Shown here in pieces: positions 54,910 through 64,000 of a stretch of 64,000 nt of DNA. Origin of the DNA: Thermoplasmata archaeon (lineage in GTDB: Archaea > Thermoplasmatota > Thermoplasmata > Lutacidiplasmatales > UBA184); the NCBI GenBank assembly GCA_028864975.1, contig JAGWLG010000009.1:1-64000 (forward strand), in the 5' to 3' direction. The position numbers and the translations under genes are program-made. The number at the start of each line of letters is the position of its first letter. The first letter of the stretch is position 1. The notes under the pieces are model-generated. The model was not told where the DNA came from. It searched no databases and saw only the letters and a program-made list of their open reading frames with translations.

Positions 54910-55272
54910 TCACGCCGAGGGCGCGGGAAGCCGGACCAGGGGCCGACCACAACGGGGACAGAGCGAGGTACTCTTCTCCTCTCGCCACCCACAGGCGGTG
55001 CACAGCCACTTCCCCGGATAGGCCCTTGGCCTCCTCCACCAGGGGAGGGGCGCTTCGGACGGGAGGGGCGCCCCGGGTCGGACCAGGGCGCGGCTCCAGC
55101 GCCCTTCGTCCCAGAAGAGCACCAGGCCAAGAGCGAGGATCGCCCCCCCAGCGGCAAGGTACCTCCAACCGCTTCCCGCCGCTCCCAGGGTGGTCAGGAG
55201 GGCCCCCAGCAGGACGAGGAGGTTGGCCGCCGGCAAGCGGACCATCTTGCGTAGGACCGGGGACGGTGCCAA
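54910..55272 (-). CDS. Small membrane protein with C-terminal Zn ribbon
   Basis: Two transmembrane segments, then CTACG...CPRCG. Confidence 0.6.
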   Translation of the reverse strand: MAPSPVLRKMVRLPAANLLVLLGALLTTLGAAGSGWRYLAAGGAILALGLVLFWDEGRWSRALVRPGAPLPSEAPLPWWRRPRAYPGKWLCTACGWREEKSTSLCPRCGRPLVRLPAPSA

Positions 55273-55354
55273 GGCGACCTGCTTTCCCCCTCACGGCCAA
55301 GGGGAGGGACGGGAACGTCCGCGTGTAAATAGCCAGGACGAGTGGTCGGTAGCC

Positions 55355-56302
55355 ATGACGAGGTCCCGCGCGCGGAGCGCTTCAGGGAAGGCCCCGGAGA
55401 AGATGGCCGCCTCCCCGAACCCTCGAACGGTCCGCACCCTCCGCTTGGGGCACGGACGCGTCCTTCCGATCGGGGCCAGGACGCTCGTCATGGGCGTTGT
55501 CAACGCCACCCCCGACTCGTTCTTCGATGGCGGACGCTTCGCGACGGTCCCGGCGGCCGTCGACCACGCCCTGAGGTTGGTGTCCGAGGGAGCTGACCTC
55601 GTCGACGTCGGAGGGGAGTCGACCCGCCCAGGGGCGAGGGAGGTCTCTGCCGCCGAGGAGCTCTGTCGGGTCGTTCCCGTCCTCGAGTCCCTTCGAGGAC
55701 GCGTCAAGGTCCCGATCTCCATCGACACCCGAAAGCCCCAGGTCGCAGAAGCGGCGATCCGGGCCGGTGCGGACCTCGTGAACGATGTCGAAGGCCTGGG
55801 ATCTCCAGCGATGCGAGAGGTCGTGCGACGCGAAGGCGTTGCGGCCGTCATCATGCACATGCGGGGTGCTCCAAAGGACATGCAGCAAGATACCCGCTAC
55901 GACGACGTCGTAGGGGAAGTGCGCGACTTCCTCCGGCAGCAAGCCCTCGCCGCCGAACACATGGGGATCCCTCATGACCAGCTCGTTATCGATCCCGGGA
56001 TCGGGTTCGGGAAGTCGGTCGAAGGGAACCTGGAGCTCCTGCGGAGCCTCCCGGAACTGCGATCGTTGGGCTATCCCCTGATGGTCGGCGCATCGAGGAA
56101 GTCGTTCCTAGGGGCACTGCTCGGCGGAGTCCCCACCGAGCAACGCTTGGGGGCTTCCGTCGCCGCGGCCCTCGCCGCCAGCCTCGGAGGGGCCGACATC
56201 GTTCGCGTCCACGACGTGGCCCCGACGGTGGAAGCGCTCAAGGTCGCCGACGCGGTCCGCTCGGGCGCGTCGCGGGGTCGGCCCGTTCCGTCGGACCCCT
56301 AG
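55355..56302 (+). CDS. folP: Dihydropteroate synthase
   Basis: MGVVNATPDSFFDGG, DVGGESTRPG, IDPGIGFGK, GASRKSF and RVHDV. Confidence 0.95.
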   Translation: MTRSRARSASGKAPEKMAASPNPRTVRTLRLGHGRVLPIGARTLVMGVVNATPDSFFDGGRFATVPAAVDHALRLVSEGADLVDVGGESTRPGAREVSAAEELCRVVPVLESLRGRVKVPISIDTRKPQVAEAAIRAGADLVNDVEGLGSPAMREVVRREGVAAVIMHMRGAPKDMQQDTRYDDVVGEVRDFLRQQALAAEHMGIPHDQLVIDPGIGFGKSVEGNLELLRSLPELRSLGYPLMVGASRKSFLGALLGGVPTEQRLGASVAAALAASLGGADIVRVHDVAPTVEALKVADAVRSGASRGRPVPSDP

Positions 56303-56769
56303 GCGCCTCGGGACCGCCGCGCGCGTCGGGCCCTGCGCGGCCCCTCGGGTCTCGGCAGGGCCGCAGCGTCCTCTCGCTCGACAGCGACCTCGGTCAGCTC
56401 GCTGGGCTCCTCAGGGGCAGGCACCGGAGCTTGAGAGGTGCCAGCCTTCCTTTGGACCTCTCCCAGCTCGAGCAACATCGAGTTCGTCGCCTCCTGGAGG
56501 GCGAAGAGGAACGCGCGCTCGGCCTCCTTGACGGAAGCAAGCACCCTCGGGTCCCGGGGGCCCCGACGCAGGCCCTCCTCCGCGGCCTTCCGAAAGGCGG
56601 AGACGGCGTGGAGGCCGGACATGAGCGTCGAGGGGTTCAGAAGGGCCGCGAGGAGGAGCTTCGCATGCCGGTCCAGCTCCCCCTGGATGAACGTCGGCTC
56701 GGGGAGCCACTTTCGGATCTTCTCGCGCGCGGCCGTCGCTTGAGGTTTCGCTTGGGACCTACGAGGCAT
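56299..56769 (-). CDS. Hypothetical helical protein coupled to the ArsA-like gene
   Basis: 156-aa ORF overlapping the ArsA stop; amphipathic helices. Confidence 0.6.
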   Translation of the reverse strand: MPRRSQAKPQATAAREKIRKWLPEPTFIQGELDRHAKLLLAALLNPSTLMSGLHAVSAFRKAAEEGLRRGPRDPRVLASVKEAERAFLFALQEATNSMLLELGEVQRKAGTSQAPVPAPEEPSELTEVAVEREDAAALPRPEGPRRARRARRSRGA

Positions 56770-57949
56770 GTTGGGGGACCTCCTTGGAAGGTAGGAACTC
56801 GATGAGGAGGGACCCCCCCGAGAAGACGGCCTTCCCGAGCTTGGCCCCGATGTACGCGTAGGGCAGGAGCAACGTCCGCCGGTACCATCCCACCTTGACG
56901 TAGAGCGTGTCGCCGCGCGAGGAGACCTCGAGCGCCTCCTCCCCCGCGAACGGGAGCTCGATCTTCACGTACTTCTTCCCCGATCGGGAGAAGAAGCGGA
57001 CCGGCTGGGCCCGCGCGAAGATCCTCGTCGGGTCCTCCGCGTCGAACACGTCCGTGCCGAGGCGGCGAAGCCGCTCCAGGCCCAGGACCTCATGGGGATA
57101 GCGGGGCGAGCGCCGCATCGGGACGCCACCGAAGTACTCCTCGATGAGACCCAGGTTCGCTTTCTGCTCCGCGAGTGCCTGCTCGAAGAACTTCCCGTCC
57201 AGCTGGTCCGAGAAGACCCGGTTCACGACGAGCATCTCGATCGGCAGACCGAAGAGGCAGAGGTAGGTGTAGGCCCGCTGGGTCTCGGTGATGACCATCC
57301 GCTCGGGATTGAGCACGAGACGGACAGAGGTCCGGTCCGGGTCAGAGAGCATGTTGCGCACCCGACGGAAGCGCAGGTAGAGGTCCTCCAGCGATTCGAA
57401 GAACCGGTCCGAGGGCAGCGGGGTGCGCATGAGGCGCCCCACCGTGGGTCGGGCGACCTTCATCATCCTCTTCTCGAGCTTGAAGAACCGGTCGAAGTAC
57501 CACTGGACGGCGTCCGGGAAGGAGAGGAGCCGAAGCGTGTCGGCCGTCGGAGCGGTGTCGACGATGGCGACGTCCCAGGACTTCTCCCTCTCGTACCGCT
57601 CGAGGAGGAGCAGAGCGGCGATGAGCTCCATGCCGGGGATCACCACGACCTCCTTGGCCGTGATCTCCTCGACCCCCTGGGACTGGAGCAGGGCGGTGAG
57701 GTAGTTCGAGATCTCGGCCCAATGGCGTTCCATCTCGGCCAGGACGTCGATCTCCTGTCCCCACAGTCGGTCGGTCACCTTCGTGGGGTCGCGCCCGAGC
57801 GATACCTGGAGCGAGTCCCCGAGCGAGTGCGCGCTATCGGTCGACATGACGAGCGTGCGGTGGCCATGGGCGGCGGAGGCGAGCGCCGTGGCGGCCGCGA
57901 GGCTCGTCTTCCCCACGCCGCCCTTCCCCGTGTAGATGATGGTCCTCAC
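56759..57949 (-). CDS. ArsA/Get3-family ATPase with C-terminal HSP20-like domain
   Basis: GKGGVGKT, STDSAHSL, DTAPT and LNPERMV; C-terminal beta-rich LYVKVGWYRRTLLLP. Confidence 0.88.
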   Translation of the reverse strand: MRTIIYTGKGGVGKTSLAAATALASAAHGHRTLVMSTDSAHSLGDSLQVSLGRDPTKVTDRLWGQEIDVLAEMERHWAEISNYLTALLQSQGVEEITAKEVVVIPGMELIAALLLLERYEREKSWDVAIVDTAPTADTLRLLSFPDAVQWYFDRFFKLEKRMMKVARPTVGRLMRTPLPSDRFFESLEDLYLRFRRVRNMLSDPDRTSVRLVLNPERMVITETQRAYTYLCLFGLPIEMLVVNRVFSDQLDGKFFEQALAEQKANLGLIEEYFGGVPMRRSPRYPHEVLGLERLRRLGTDVFDAEDPTRIFARAQPVRFFSRSGKKYVKIELPFAGEEALEVSSRGDTLYVKVGWYRRTLLLPYAYIGAKLGKAVFSGGSLLIEFLPSKEVPQHAS

Positions 57950-58146
57950 GGCGCCTCCTCGTCTCCTTCGAGCGTATCCGCCTCGTTCCTCGCGTCCTTC
58001 TCCAGAACGAGGGCCCCCTCATAGCCGCAGCGGCGGCAGCGATAACGGGTCCCCCCGAAGAGCAACGGGTCGCGGTCGACCTCTGGCGAGAGACACTTGG
58101 GGCAGAGGAGGATGGACGGTCCTCGGGGCCGTCGGCGGACCGGCAC
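57946..58146 (-). CDS. Small Zn-finger protein
   Basis: CPKC...YRCRRCGYEG; lies between gyrA and the ArsA-like gene. Confidence 0.6.
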   Translation of the reverse strand: MPVRRRPRGPSILLCPKCLSPEVDRDPLLFGGTRYRCRRCGYEGALVLEKDARNEADTLEGDEEAP

Positions 58147-58171
58147 GTTCTTCCCTCCGAGGGTGAAGGGC

Positions 58172-60784
58172 CTACGGCTCCTCGTCCTTCTCCGAAGGGG
58201 GGTTCGGGGGGGAGCCCTCCCCTTCGCTCTCCAGGGCGGGAGGGGGCGGTGAGGGTGGCGGGGGGGCCGAGCCTTCCGCAAGCGTAGTGGCAACCTGCTC
58301 CGGCGCCGACGCTTCCCCGGGGGCGACGAGCCGAACGGCGGCCTTGACCTCATCCCCCTCCTCGATGCGGATGATGATGACGCCGAGGGTGTTGCGCCCC
58401 TGCTCCCGGATCTGGCGGACAGGGCTACGGATCGTGATCCCTTTCTGGGTGGTAACGAGGATCTCGTCCTCTTCACGGACCGGGATGACGGCGACGACCT
58501 CCCCGTTGCGGCCGCCCGTCTTGATGCCGATGACCCCGCTCGCGCCCCGCTTCGTGAGGCGGTACTCCTCCACCGGCGTGCGCTTGCCGAAGCCCGTCGA
58601 GGTGAGGGTCAGGAGCGATGGGAACGTGGGGCTCACCGGGCTCATCCCGACCACCTGGTCCTTCTCGCCCAGGCGGGCCCCGATGACGCCGTAGGTGGCC
58701 CTCCCCATGGGGCGCAGCTCGGTCTCCTTGAACCGGATGACCTGCCCTTCCTTGGTCGCGAGGAGGATCTCGCTATCGCCCTGGGTGAGCGCGACGTCCA
58801 CGAGCTCGTCCCCTTCCTCCAGGAGGATGGCCTGGATCCCGCTCACGCGGATGTTCTGGTAGAGGGTGAGCTCGGTCCGCTTCACGAGCCCCTTCGCCGT
58901 CGCGAAGACGAGGGTCCCGGGCCCCTCGAGCCCCCGGACCGCGAGCTCGGTCTGGATCTTCTCCCCTTGCTGGAGCCGCGGGAGGAGGTTGACGATCGCC
59001 TTCCCCTTGGCATGGCGTCCGAGCTCGGGGAGCTCGTAGGCCTTCAGTCGGTACACGCGGCCCTTGCTGGTGAAGAACAGGACGTCGTCGTGCGTCCGCG
59101 CGGCGAGCGCGCGCGTCACGAAGTCCTCCTCCTTCGTCTCCATCTGGACGAGGCCCTTGCCGCCGCGGCGCTGGCGGCGGTAGGAGTCGAGCGGCAGCCG
59201 CTTGATGTACCCGTCGTTCGAGATCAGCACGACGATGTCCGTGTCGGGGATCAGGTCCTCGAGCGAGTGCTCGGTGAACGCGGAGGTGAGCTGTGTCCTT
59301 CGCGCATCCCCGTACTTCTGTCGGATCTCCTCAAGCTCGTGGTCGACGACCTTGTCCAGGACGTGCGGGCGGGCAAGGATCTCCTCGAGCTCCTTGACGA
59401 GGTTCTTCTTCTCCTCGGACTCCTCCAGGATCGACTCGCGCTCGAGGGCGGTGAGCCGAGCGAGCCGCATGTCGAGGATCGCCTTGGCCTGCTCCTCGGA
59501 GAGGAGGAACTTGCCCATGAGCGAGGCCTGCGCGGTGGGGACATCCTTCGAGCGGCGCAGGAGCTTCACGATCTCATCGATGTGGTCGATGGCCGTGAGG
59601 AACCCCTCGAGGATGTGCAGGCGTTCCTGCGCCTTTCTCAGGTCGTAGGTGCTCCGTCTTCGGACGATCTCGCGACGGTGGTCCAGGTGGAGCTGCAGGA
59701 GCTCCTTCAGCGGGAGGACGCGGGGTCGGCCGTCCACTAGGGCGAGGTTGATGATCCCGAAGGAGACCTGGAGCTTCGTGTGGGTGAAGAGCTGATTGAG
59801 GACGATCTCGCTCTGGGCGTCCCGTCTCAGCTCGAAGACGACGGAGATCCCGTCCTTGTCGCTCTCGTCCCGGAGGTCGGTGATGCCGTCGATCCGCTTG
59901 GACTTCACCAGCTCGGCCGTTTCCTGGAGGAGCTGGGACTTGTTGACCTCGTAGGGGATCTCCGTCACGACGATCTCGTTGCGGTCGTCGCGGACGCGCG
60001 ACTCCGCCCGCGCCCGGATCTGGATGATGCCGCGCCCCGTCGTGTAGGCCTCCTTCAGGCCCTCCGTGGAGACGATCCCACCCGTGGGGAAGTCGGGGGC
60101 GGGGACGAACTTCATGATCTCCTCGAGCGGGAGGTTCGGGTCGGCGAGCAGCGCGCGCAGCGCGTCGACGACCTCGCCCAGGTTGTGGGGGGGCATGTTC
60201 GTCGCCATCCCCACGGCGATGCCGCTCGCCCCGTTCACGAGAAGGTTCGGGAGCTTCGAGGGGAGCATCCGCGGCTCCTTGAGGCTCCCGTCGAAGTTGT
60301 CGGTCCATTCGACCGTCTCCTTCTCGATGTCCTGGAGCATCTCTTCCGCGAGCGCGCCCAGGCGGGCCTCGGTGTACCGCATCGCGGCGGGGGTGTCCCC
60401 ATCGATGGAACCGAAGTTCCCCTGCCCTTCGATGAGCGGGTAGCGGAGCGAGAAAGGCTGGGCCATCCGGACCAGCGCATCGTAGACGCTCATGTCGCCG
60501 TGCGGATGGTACTTCCCCAGCACGTCCCCCACCGTGCGCGCGGACTTGCGGAACGGCTTGTCGTGGGTCGCCCCAGATTCCCACATCGACCACAGGATGC
60601 GCACCTGGACCGGTTTCAGACCGTCGCGGACGTTCGGGAGCGCGCGTCCGACGATGACGCTCATCGCGTAGTCGATGTAGGAGCGGTGCATCTCCCGCTC
60701 CAGGGGTTGCAGCCGGACCCGGCTCCCCTCAGGATGGGCCTCCGCGGGGGGAGGTGGAGGGGGCGACGCCGGGGCTTCCGCCAT
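58172..60784 (-). CDS. gyrA: DNA gyrase subunit A
   Basis: [30 protein letters not shown] and the GyrA box QRRGGKG. Confidence 0.97.
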   Translation of the reverse strand: MAEAPASPPPPPPAEAHPEGSRVRLQPLEREMHRSYIDYAMSVIVGRALPNVRDGLKPVQVRILWSMWESGATHDKPFRKSARTVGDVLGKYHPHGDMSVYDALVRMAQPFSLRYPLIEGQGNFGSIDGDTPAAMRYTEARLGALAEEMLQDIEKETVEWTDNFDGSLKEPRMLPSKLPNLLVNGASGIAVGMATNMPPHNLGEVVDALRALLADPNLPLEEIMKFVPAPDFPTGGIVSTEGLKEAYTTGRGIIQIRARAESRVRDDRNEIVVTEIPYEVNKSQLLQETAELVKSKRIDGITDLRDESDKDGISVVFELRRDAQSEIVLNQLFTHTKLQVSFGIINLALVDGRPRVLPLKELLQLHLDHRREIVRRRSTYDLRKAQERLHILEGFLTAIDHIDEIVKLLRRSKDVPTAQASLMGKFLLSEEQAKAILDMRLARLTALERESILEESEEKKNLVKELEEILARPHVLDKVVDHELEEIRQKYGDARRTQLTSAFTEHSLEDLIPDTDIVVLISNDGYIKRLPLDSYRRQRRGGKGLVQMETKEEDFVTRALAARTHDDVLFFTSKGRVYRLKAYELPELGRHAKGKAIVNLLPRLQQGEKIQTELAVRGLEGPGTLVFATAKGLVKRTELTLYQNIRVSGIQAILLEEGDELVDVALTQGDSEILLATKEGQVIRFKETELRPMGRATYGVIGARLGEKDQVVGMSPVSPTFPSLLTLTSTGFGKRTPVEEYRLTKRGASGVIGIKTGGRNGEVVAVIPVREEDEILVTTQKGITIRSPVRQIREQGRNTLGVIIIRIEEGDEVKAAVRLVAPGEASAPEQVATTLAEGSAPPPPSPPPPALESEGEGSPPNPPSEKDEEP

Positions 60785-60837
60785 GATGCACCGAGGGTGT
60801 TCCGAGGCTCGCGTCCCGAGGATAAGGGCGTTGCGCC

Positions 60838-62259
60838 TCAACCCGAAGAGGGTACCGCGGTGCTCTCGGCGGAGGGGGGGGCATGGAGCCCTCCGATCTG
60901 ACCTTCCACGATCCTTCCGGCCTCGCGCAGGAAGTCCGCCTCGCGTCCCCGCGGGATGGTCGCCCCGCTCGCGACGGCGTGCCCTCCCCCTTCCCCCCCG
61001 ACGGCGGCCGCAGCCTCGCGGCACGCCCGGTCGAGGTTCAGTCCCTGGCCCGTCAGCCAGAGCGTCCCGCGGGAGGAGACCTTGACCGCCTCCCCCTTCG
61101 GCGCCAGGGCGACGATGGGCCGCAGCGGGTCGGCAAAGTAGGCGAGCGCGAGCCCGGCGATGGTCCCGGCGAGGTCCGGCTTGGGCGCCTCGAACCACTG
61201 GAGGTGTGGCTCCCGGTGGAGCGCGCCCTTCTTCTCGAGGCGCTCGAGCCCTTCCAGGACCTCGCCCCGCCATCGAGCCTCGAGCTCCCGTGCGCGCTGA
61301 TGTGCCCCGGGGTCGCCCAGGGCGAGCGCGATGCCGAGGGAGGGCTCCCCCTCGCGCCCGCAGGCGTTCTGCCATCGGGACAGCTCGTTCGCTTCCCACC
61401 CTCCGTGAGGGAGCACGATCCGCTCCTCGCGCAGCCGTTCGCAGAACTCCGGGCGCGCCCCTTGCGTGAGAAGCTGGGACAGGAGCGCGCTCGCGAGCCG
61501 GCGCCCCTCCTCCTCCCCCAGCGAGCCCACAGGGGCGGTGGGGGGAAGCCCCAACGAGGAGAGCAGCGTGCGTGCCGAGGCGATCCTTCCCGAGATCCCG
61601 ACGAAATAGGGGTCCAGGCTGGACGCGAGCGCCTCCTCGAGCGAAGGACCGACCAGGTTGAGCGAGGACCGGCGGGTGAGCGCTCCCCGGGCCTGAGCCT
61701 CCTCGATCAGCTTGCGGTTCAATCCCTGGAACCCTCCGACGTGCATGCGGTCGGCGATGGCGCCGGAGAGCCCGAAGGCGAGGAGGTCGAAGGCGCCCGG
61801 AAGCAGCTCGCGGGCGAAGAGGTAGGTGAGCATGCTCGCCGAGAGCTCGGTCATGCCGTCGACTCCCCAATGGTGGGGGTTGACGAAGGCGAGCGATCTC
61901 GCGGTCGGGGTCACCCCAGGAGGGACATGGTGGTCGAGCACGATCACCGGGCGGTCGTGCGCGGCGAAGAGGTCGAGGAAGCTCGACCCGGTGTCCACGA
62001 CCAGGAGCGGGCCCCGGGTCGCTCGCAGGACGCGATCGACCCCCGCTTGTTCCACGCCCAGCAAGGGGGAGAGCTGCCAGGAGCGCCCCAGTCGCGACAG
62101 GGTGAGGGCGGCCACGCTCGCCGAGGCGATTCCGTCGCCGTCGTTGTGGTAGAGGACCCGCCAGCGGCCGGGCGAGGAAGCGAAGAGGTCGGCCGCCGCG
62201 CGGAGCTCTCGCGAGGCGTTGGGGTCCGCGACCAGTCCCTCCAGGGACGGACCGCTCAT
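60838..62259 (-). CDS. DHH/DHHA1 phosphoesterase (archaeal RecJ/Cdc45-like)
   Basis: HNDGDGI, VDTG, LDHH and [10 protein letters not shown]; follows rps15. Confidence 0.9.
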   Translation of the reverse strand: MSGPSLEGLVADPNASRELRAAADLFASSPGRWRVLYHNDGDGIASASVAALTLSRLGRSWQLSPLLGVEQAGVDRVLRATRGPLLVVDTGSSFLDLFAAHDRPVIVLDHHVPPGVTPTARSLAFVNPHHWGVDGMTELSASMLTYLFARELLPGAFDLLAFGLSGAIADRMHVGGFQGLNRKLIEEAQARGALTRRSSLNLVGPSLEEALASSLDPYFVGISGRIASARTLLSSLGLPPTAPVGSLGEEEGRRLASALLSQLLTQGARPEFCERLREERIVLPHGGWEANELSRWQNACGREGEPSLGIALALGDPGAHQRARELEARWRGEVLEGLERLEKKGALHREPHLQWFEAPKPDLAGTIAGLALAYFADPLRPIVALAPKGEAVKVSSRGTLWLTGQGLNLDRACREAAAAVGGEGGGHAVASGATIPRGREADFLREAGRIVEGQIGGLHAPPSAESTAVPSSG

Positions 62260-62711
62260 TGGACCATGAGGGCCGCGGTCTCGCTGCTGTAGCGCCACTC
62301 GGCGGGCAGTCGGCCGCGCTTACGGTAGTAGCGCGAGAGACGGCGGATCTTCGATTCGATGAGGTTCAGTCCCCGTCGGTTGGACAGGTCCTTCGGATGG
62401 TGTTCCAGGTGCTGCTGGAGGTGGACCACCCGCTTGAGCAGCGCCGAAAGGTCCTCGGGCAGCGTGGGCTTCGTTCCCTTCTCCTCAAGGAAGGCGGTCA
62501 GCCGCTTTCCCGTGAGAAGTCGCGTGGAAGGGACCCCGTAAGTGTCGCGCAGCGACAGCCCGATCTGGGACGGGGTCGTGCCGGCCTTCGCGAGCCGCAG
62601 GACCTCTTCCTCGACCTCGTCCTTGTCCAGCGGGACCCACGACGGGAGCGCCACCGGGAAGGGCCTACGGCTAGAGGCCTTGCCGCGATGCGAGGAATGG
62701 AGCCGGCTCAT
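62256..62711 (-). CDS. rps15: 30S ribosomal protein S15 (archaeal S15P/S13e)
   Basis: [21 protein letters not shown] and [12 protein letters not shown]. Confidence 0.97.
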   Translation of the reverse strand: MSRLHSSHRGKASSRRPFPVALPSWVPLDKDEVEEEVLRLAKAGTTPSQIGLSLRDTYGVPSTRLLTGKRLTAFLEEKGTKPTLPEDLSALLKRVVHLQQHLEHHPKDLSNRRGLNLIESKIRRLSRYYRKRGRLPAEWRYSSETAALMVQ

Positions 62712-62762
62712 GGGGGGGAGCGGCGAACCTGGGTTCGCTATTTAAGGACGAAGGGGGCGAAG

Positions 62763-63170
62763 TCACTTCACCCGTTGGCCCTGGGCCGAGAGCCGTTGGG
62801 AGTCCTCGAGGAACTTCGCGAGGAACAGCTTCCCCTCCCCGTTGATCCGGTAGTGAGGGCCGAAGTCCCGCTGACGCGTCCAGGACCGGACCGTACCTCC
62901 GACGTGGTCGACCATGCGGTTCCGCACCAACAGGCCGACGATGACGGGGACCTTGACCCCCGCCTTCTGGACCGACCAATGCTCGAGGGTCATCGTCGAG
63001 ATCTCGTCCAGCTCGAGCCCCTTCTCGCGCTCGTCGTGGAAGCTCTCCGCTTGGTTGAGCAGTCGTAGGACCTCCACCAGGGCGGCGCGGGTGGGGTCGG
63101 CGGGCTCCCCACGGGGGGGCGTGACCTTCGCCGAGGCGCTTGGGACCGACGGACGCGACGGCGTGGGCAC
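62763..63170 (-). CDS. Hypothetical protein, winged-helix-like
   Basis: ORF between fibrillarin and rps15; ends with YRINGEGKLFL, a wing-like segment. Confidence 0.55.
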   Translation of the reverse strand: MPTPSRPSVPSASAKVTPPRGEPADPTRAALVEVLRLLNQAESFHDEREKGLELDEISTMTLEHWSVQKAGVKVPVIVGLLVRNRMVDHVGGTVRSWTRQRDFGPHYRINGEGKLFLAKFLEDSQRLSAQGQRVK

Positions 63171-63234
63171 GGCGGAAAAAAGGAGCGCGCCCTCATTATC
63201 ATTGTGGGGCCCCCGCTCCCCCCCCGGGAGGCCC

Positions 63235-63897
63235 TCACCCCGGGGCACGAAGCACGAGGGCGAAGTGCCCCCGCGAGAACGGCGCAAGGTCGACCGTCTC
63301 GAGCAAGTCCAACCCTTCCTGCTGGAGGTGGCGGGTCGCATCCTTGAGGACCGCTCGTGGTGGTGCTGTCTGGGTCACGGACCGGGTCTTGAGCATCAGG
63401 AGACCCGTGCCATGCGGCTTGAGCGAAGCGCGGAGGTTCTCGAGGAAGATCTCCACCTGGCCGCGCTGGGAGACGTCCTGGTAGAGGTGGTCGACCTCCC
63501 CGCAGTCGGCCCTGTAGCGCTCGGGGAGCTGGACATCCGCCAGGACCGGCAGGACGTTCTCACGTCGCTGGGAGAGCGCCAGGAGGGCACCGAAGGCGCG
63601 GGGGGACTTCTCGACGACGTGGACCGTTCCTCGGGGGAGGATGTCGGAGAGATGGCTCACCGTCGTCCCATGCCCCCCACCCAGGTAGAGGACCGACCGG
63701 ACCCGCTCGTAGGGCCATTGCCGGCCCCCCTGCGCGACGAAGGCCCCGAGCTTGCTCCGCCAGGGGTCGATCCGCCGGTACTCGACCCCATCCTCGACGA
63801 CAAGGTCCTCACCGTAGACCTTCTCTCCGGGGCGCAGGTTCACGGTGTAGAACCCGGGCCCCCGACGGAAGAGGCCCGGGCGAAGGAGCTCCTGCAT
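63235..63897 (-). CDS. flpA: Fibrillarin-like rRNA/tRNA 2'-O-methyltransferase
   Basis: VYGE, WRSKL, LYLGGGHGTTVSHLSD and YQDVSQ. Confidence 0.93.
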   Translation of the reverse strand: MQELLRPGLFRRGPGFYTVNLRPGEKVYGEDLVVEDGVEYRRIDPWRSKLGAFVAQGGRQWPYERVRSVLYLGGGHGTTVSHLSDILPRGTVHVVEKSPRAFGALLALSQRRENVLPVLADVQLPERYRADCGEVDHLYQDVSQRGQVEIFLENLRASLKPHGTGLLMLKTRSVTQTAPPRAVLKDATRHLQQEGLDLLETVDLAPFSRGHFALVLRAPG

Positions 63898-63920
63898 GCT
63901 GAACGAAGCCTCCCCGGCCC

Positions 63921-63998
63921 TCAGGGCCGGACCGCGACCACCATCTCCACTTCCACGGGGGTGTCCAGAGGCAGGCGAGCGGCGCCGATCGCGGCGCG
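63921..63998 (-). CDS. C-terminus of a RidA/YjgF-family protein (partial, right edge)
   Basis: Manual translation RAAIGAARLPLDTPVEVEMVVAVRP*. Confidence 0.7.
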   Translation of the reverse strand, partial: RAAIGAARLPLDTPVEVEMVVAVRP

Positions 63999-64000
63999 AG

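Noticed and set aside
15960-60784. Inteins or introns in nrdJ, atpA or gyrA
   Set aside because: Protein lengths are normal, and no C/S...HN-C/S/T splice junctions or LAGLIDADG blocks were seen

Overview
This is a GC-rich archaeal chromosomal window. The markers are rps15 next to a DHH/RecJ-like gene, rpl37e next to an Sm/Lsm gene, fibrillarin, archaeosine synthase, an A-type ATP synthase, gyrase A and bacterial-type metabolic genes. I infer a Thermoplasmata-like lineage. Positions ~5.6-64 kb are mostly housekeeping: arcS, ubiA/ubiD, dut, purE, icd, class II RNR, hutI, rnz, a complete his operon, a split and convergent A1A0-ATPase gene set, folP, an ArsA-like ATPase and gyrA. The outstanding feature lies at 1-5543. 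A tRNA-Val(TAC) gene on the minus strand is followed by a tandem array of at least five complete ~0.87-1.24 kb gene cassettes with no integrase. Each cassette is bounded by a copy of the tRNA 3' end plus conserved arm motifs shared between unrelated cassettes: an identical 19-bp arm and a T-arm-like 11+7+11 inverted repeat with a compensatory base change. The cargo is two diverged copies of a wHTH/RelE-like toxin-antitoxin pair, a third TA-like pair with a truncated toxin, a HAD hydrolase, an SDR, and a small HTH plus DinB protein. It looks like an integron-like, tRNA-anchored cassette-accumulation system whose recombinase is not in the window. All product calls come from motif recognition by eye; no database search was run.
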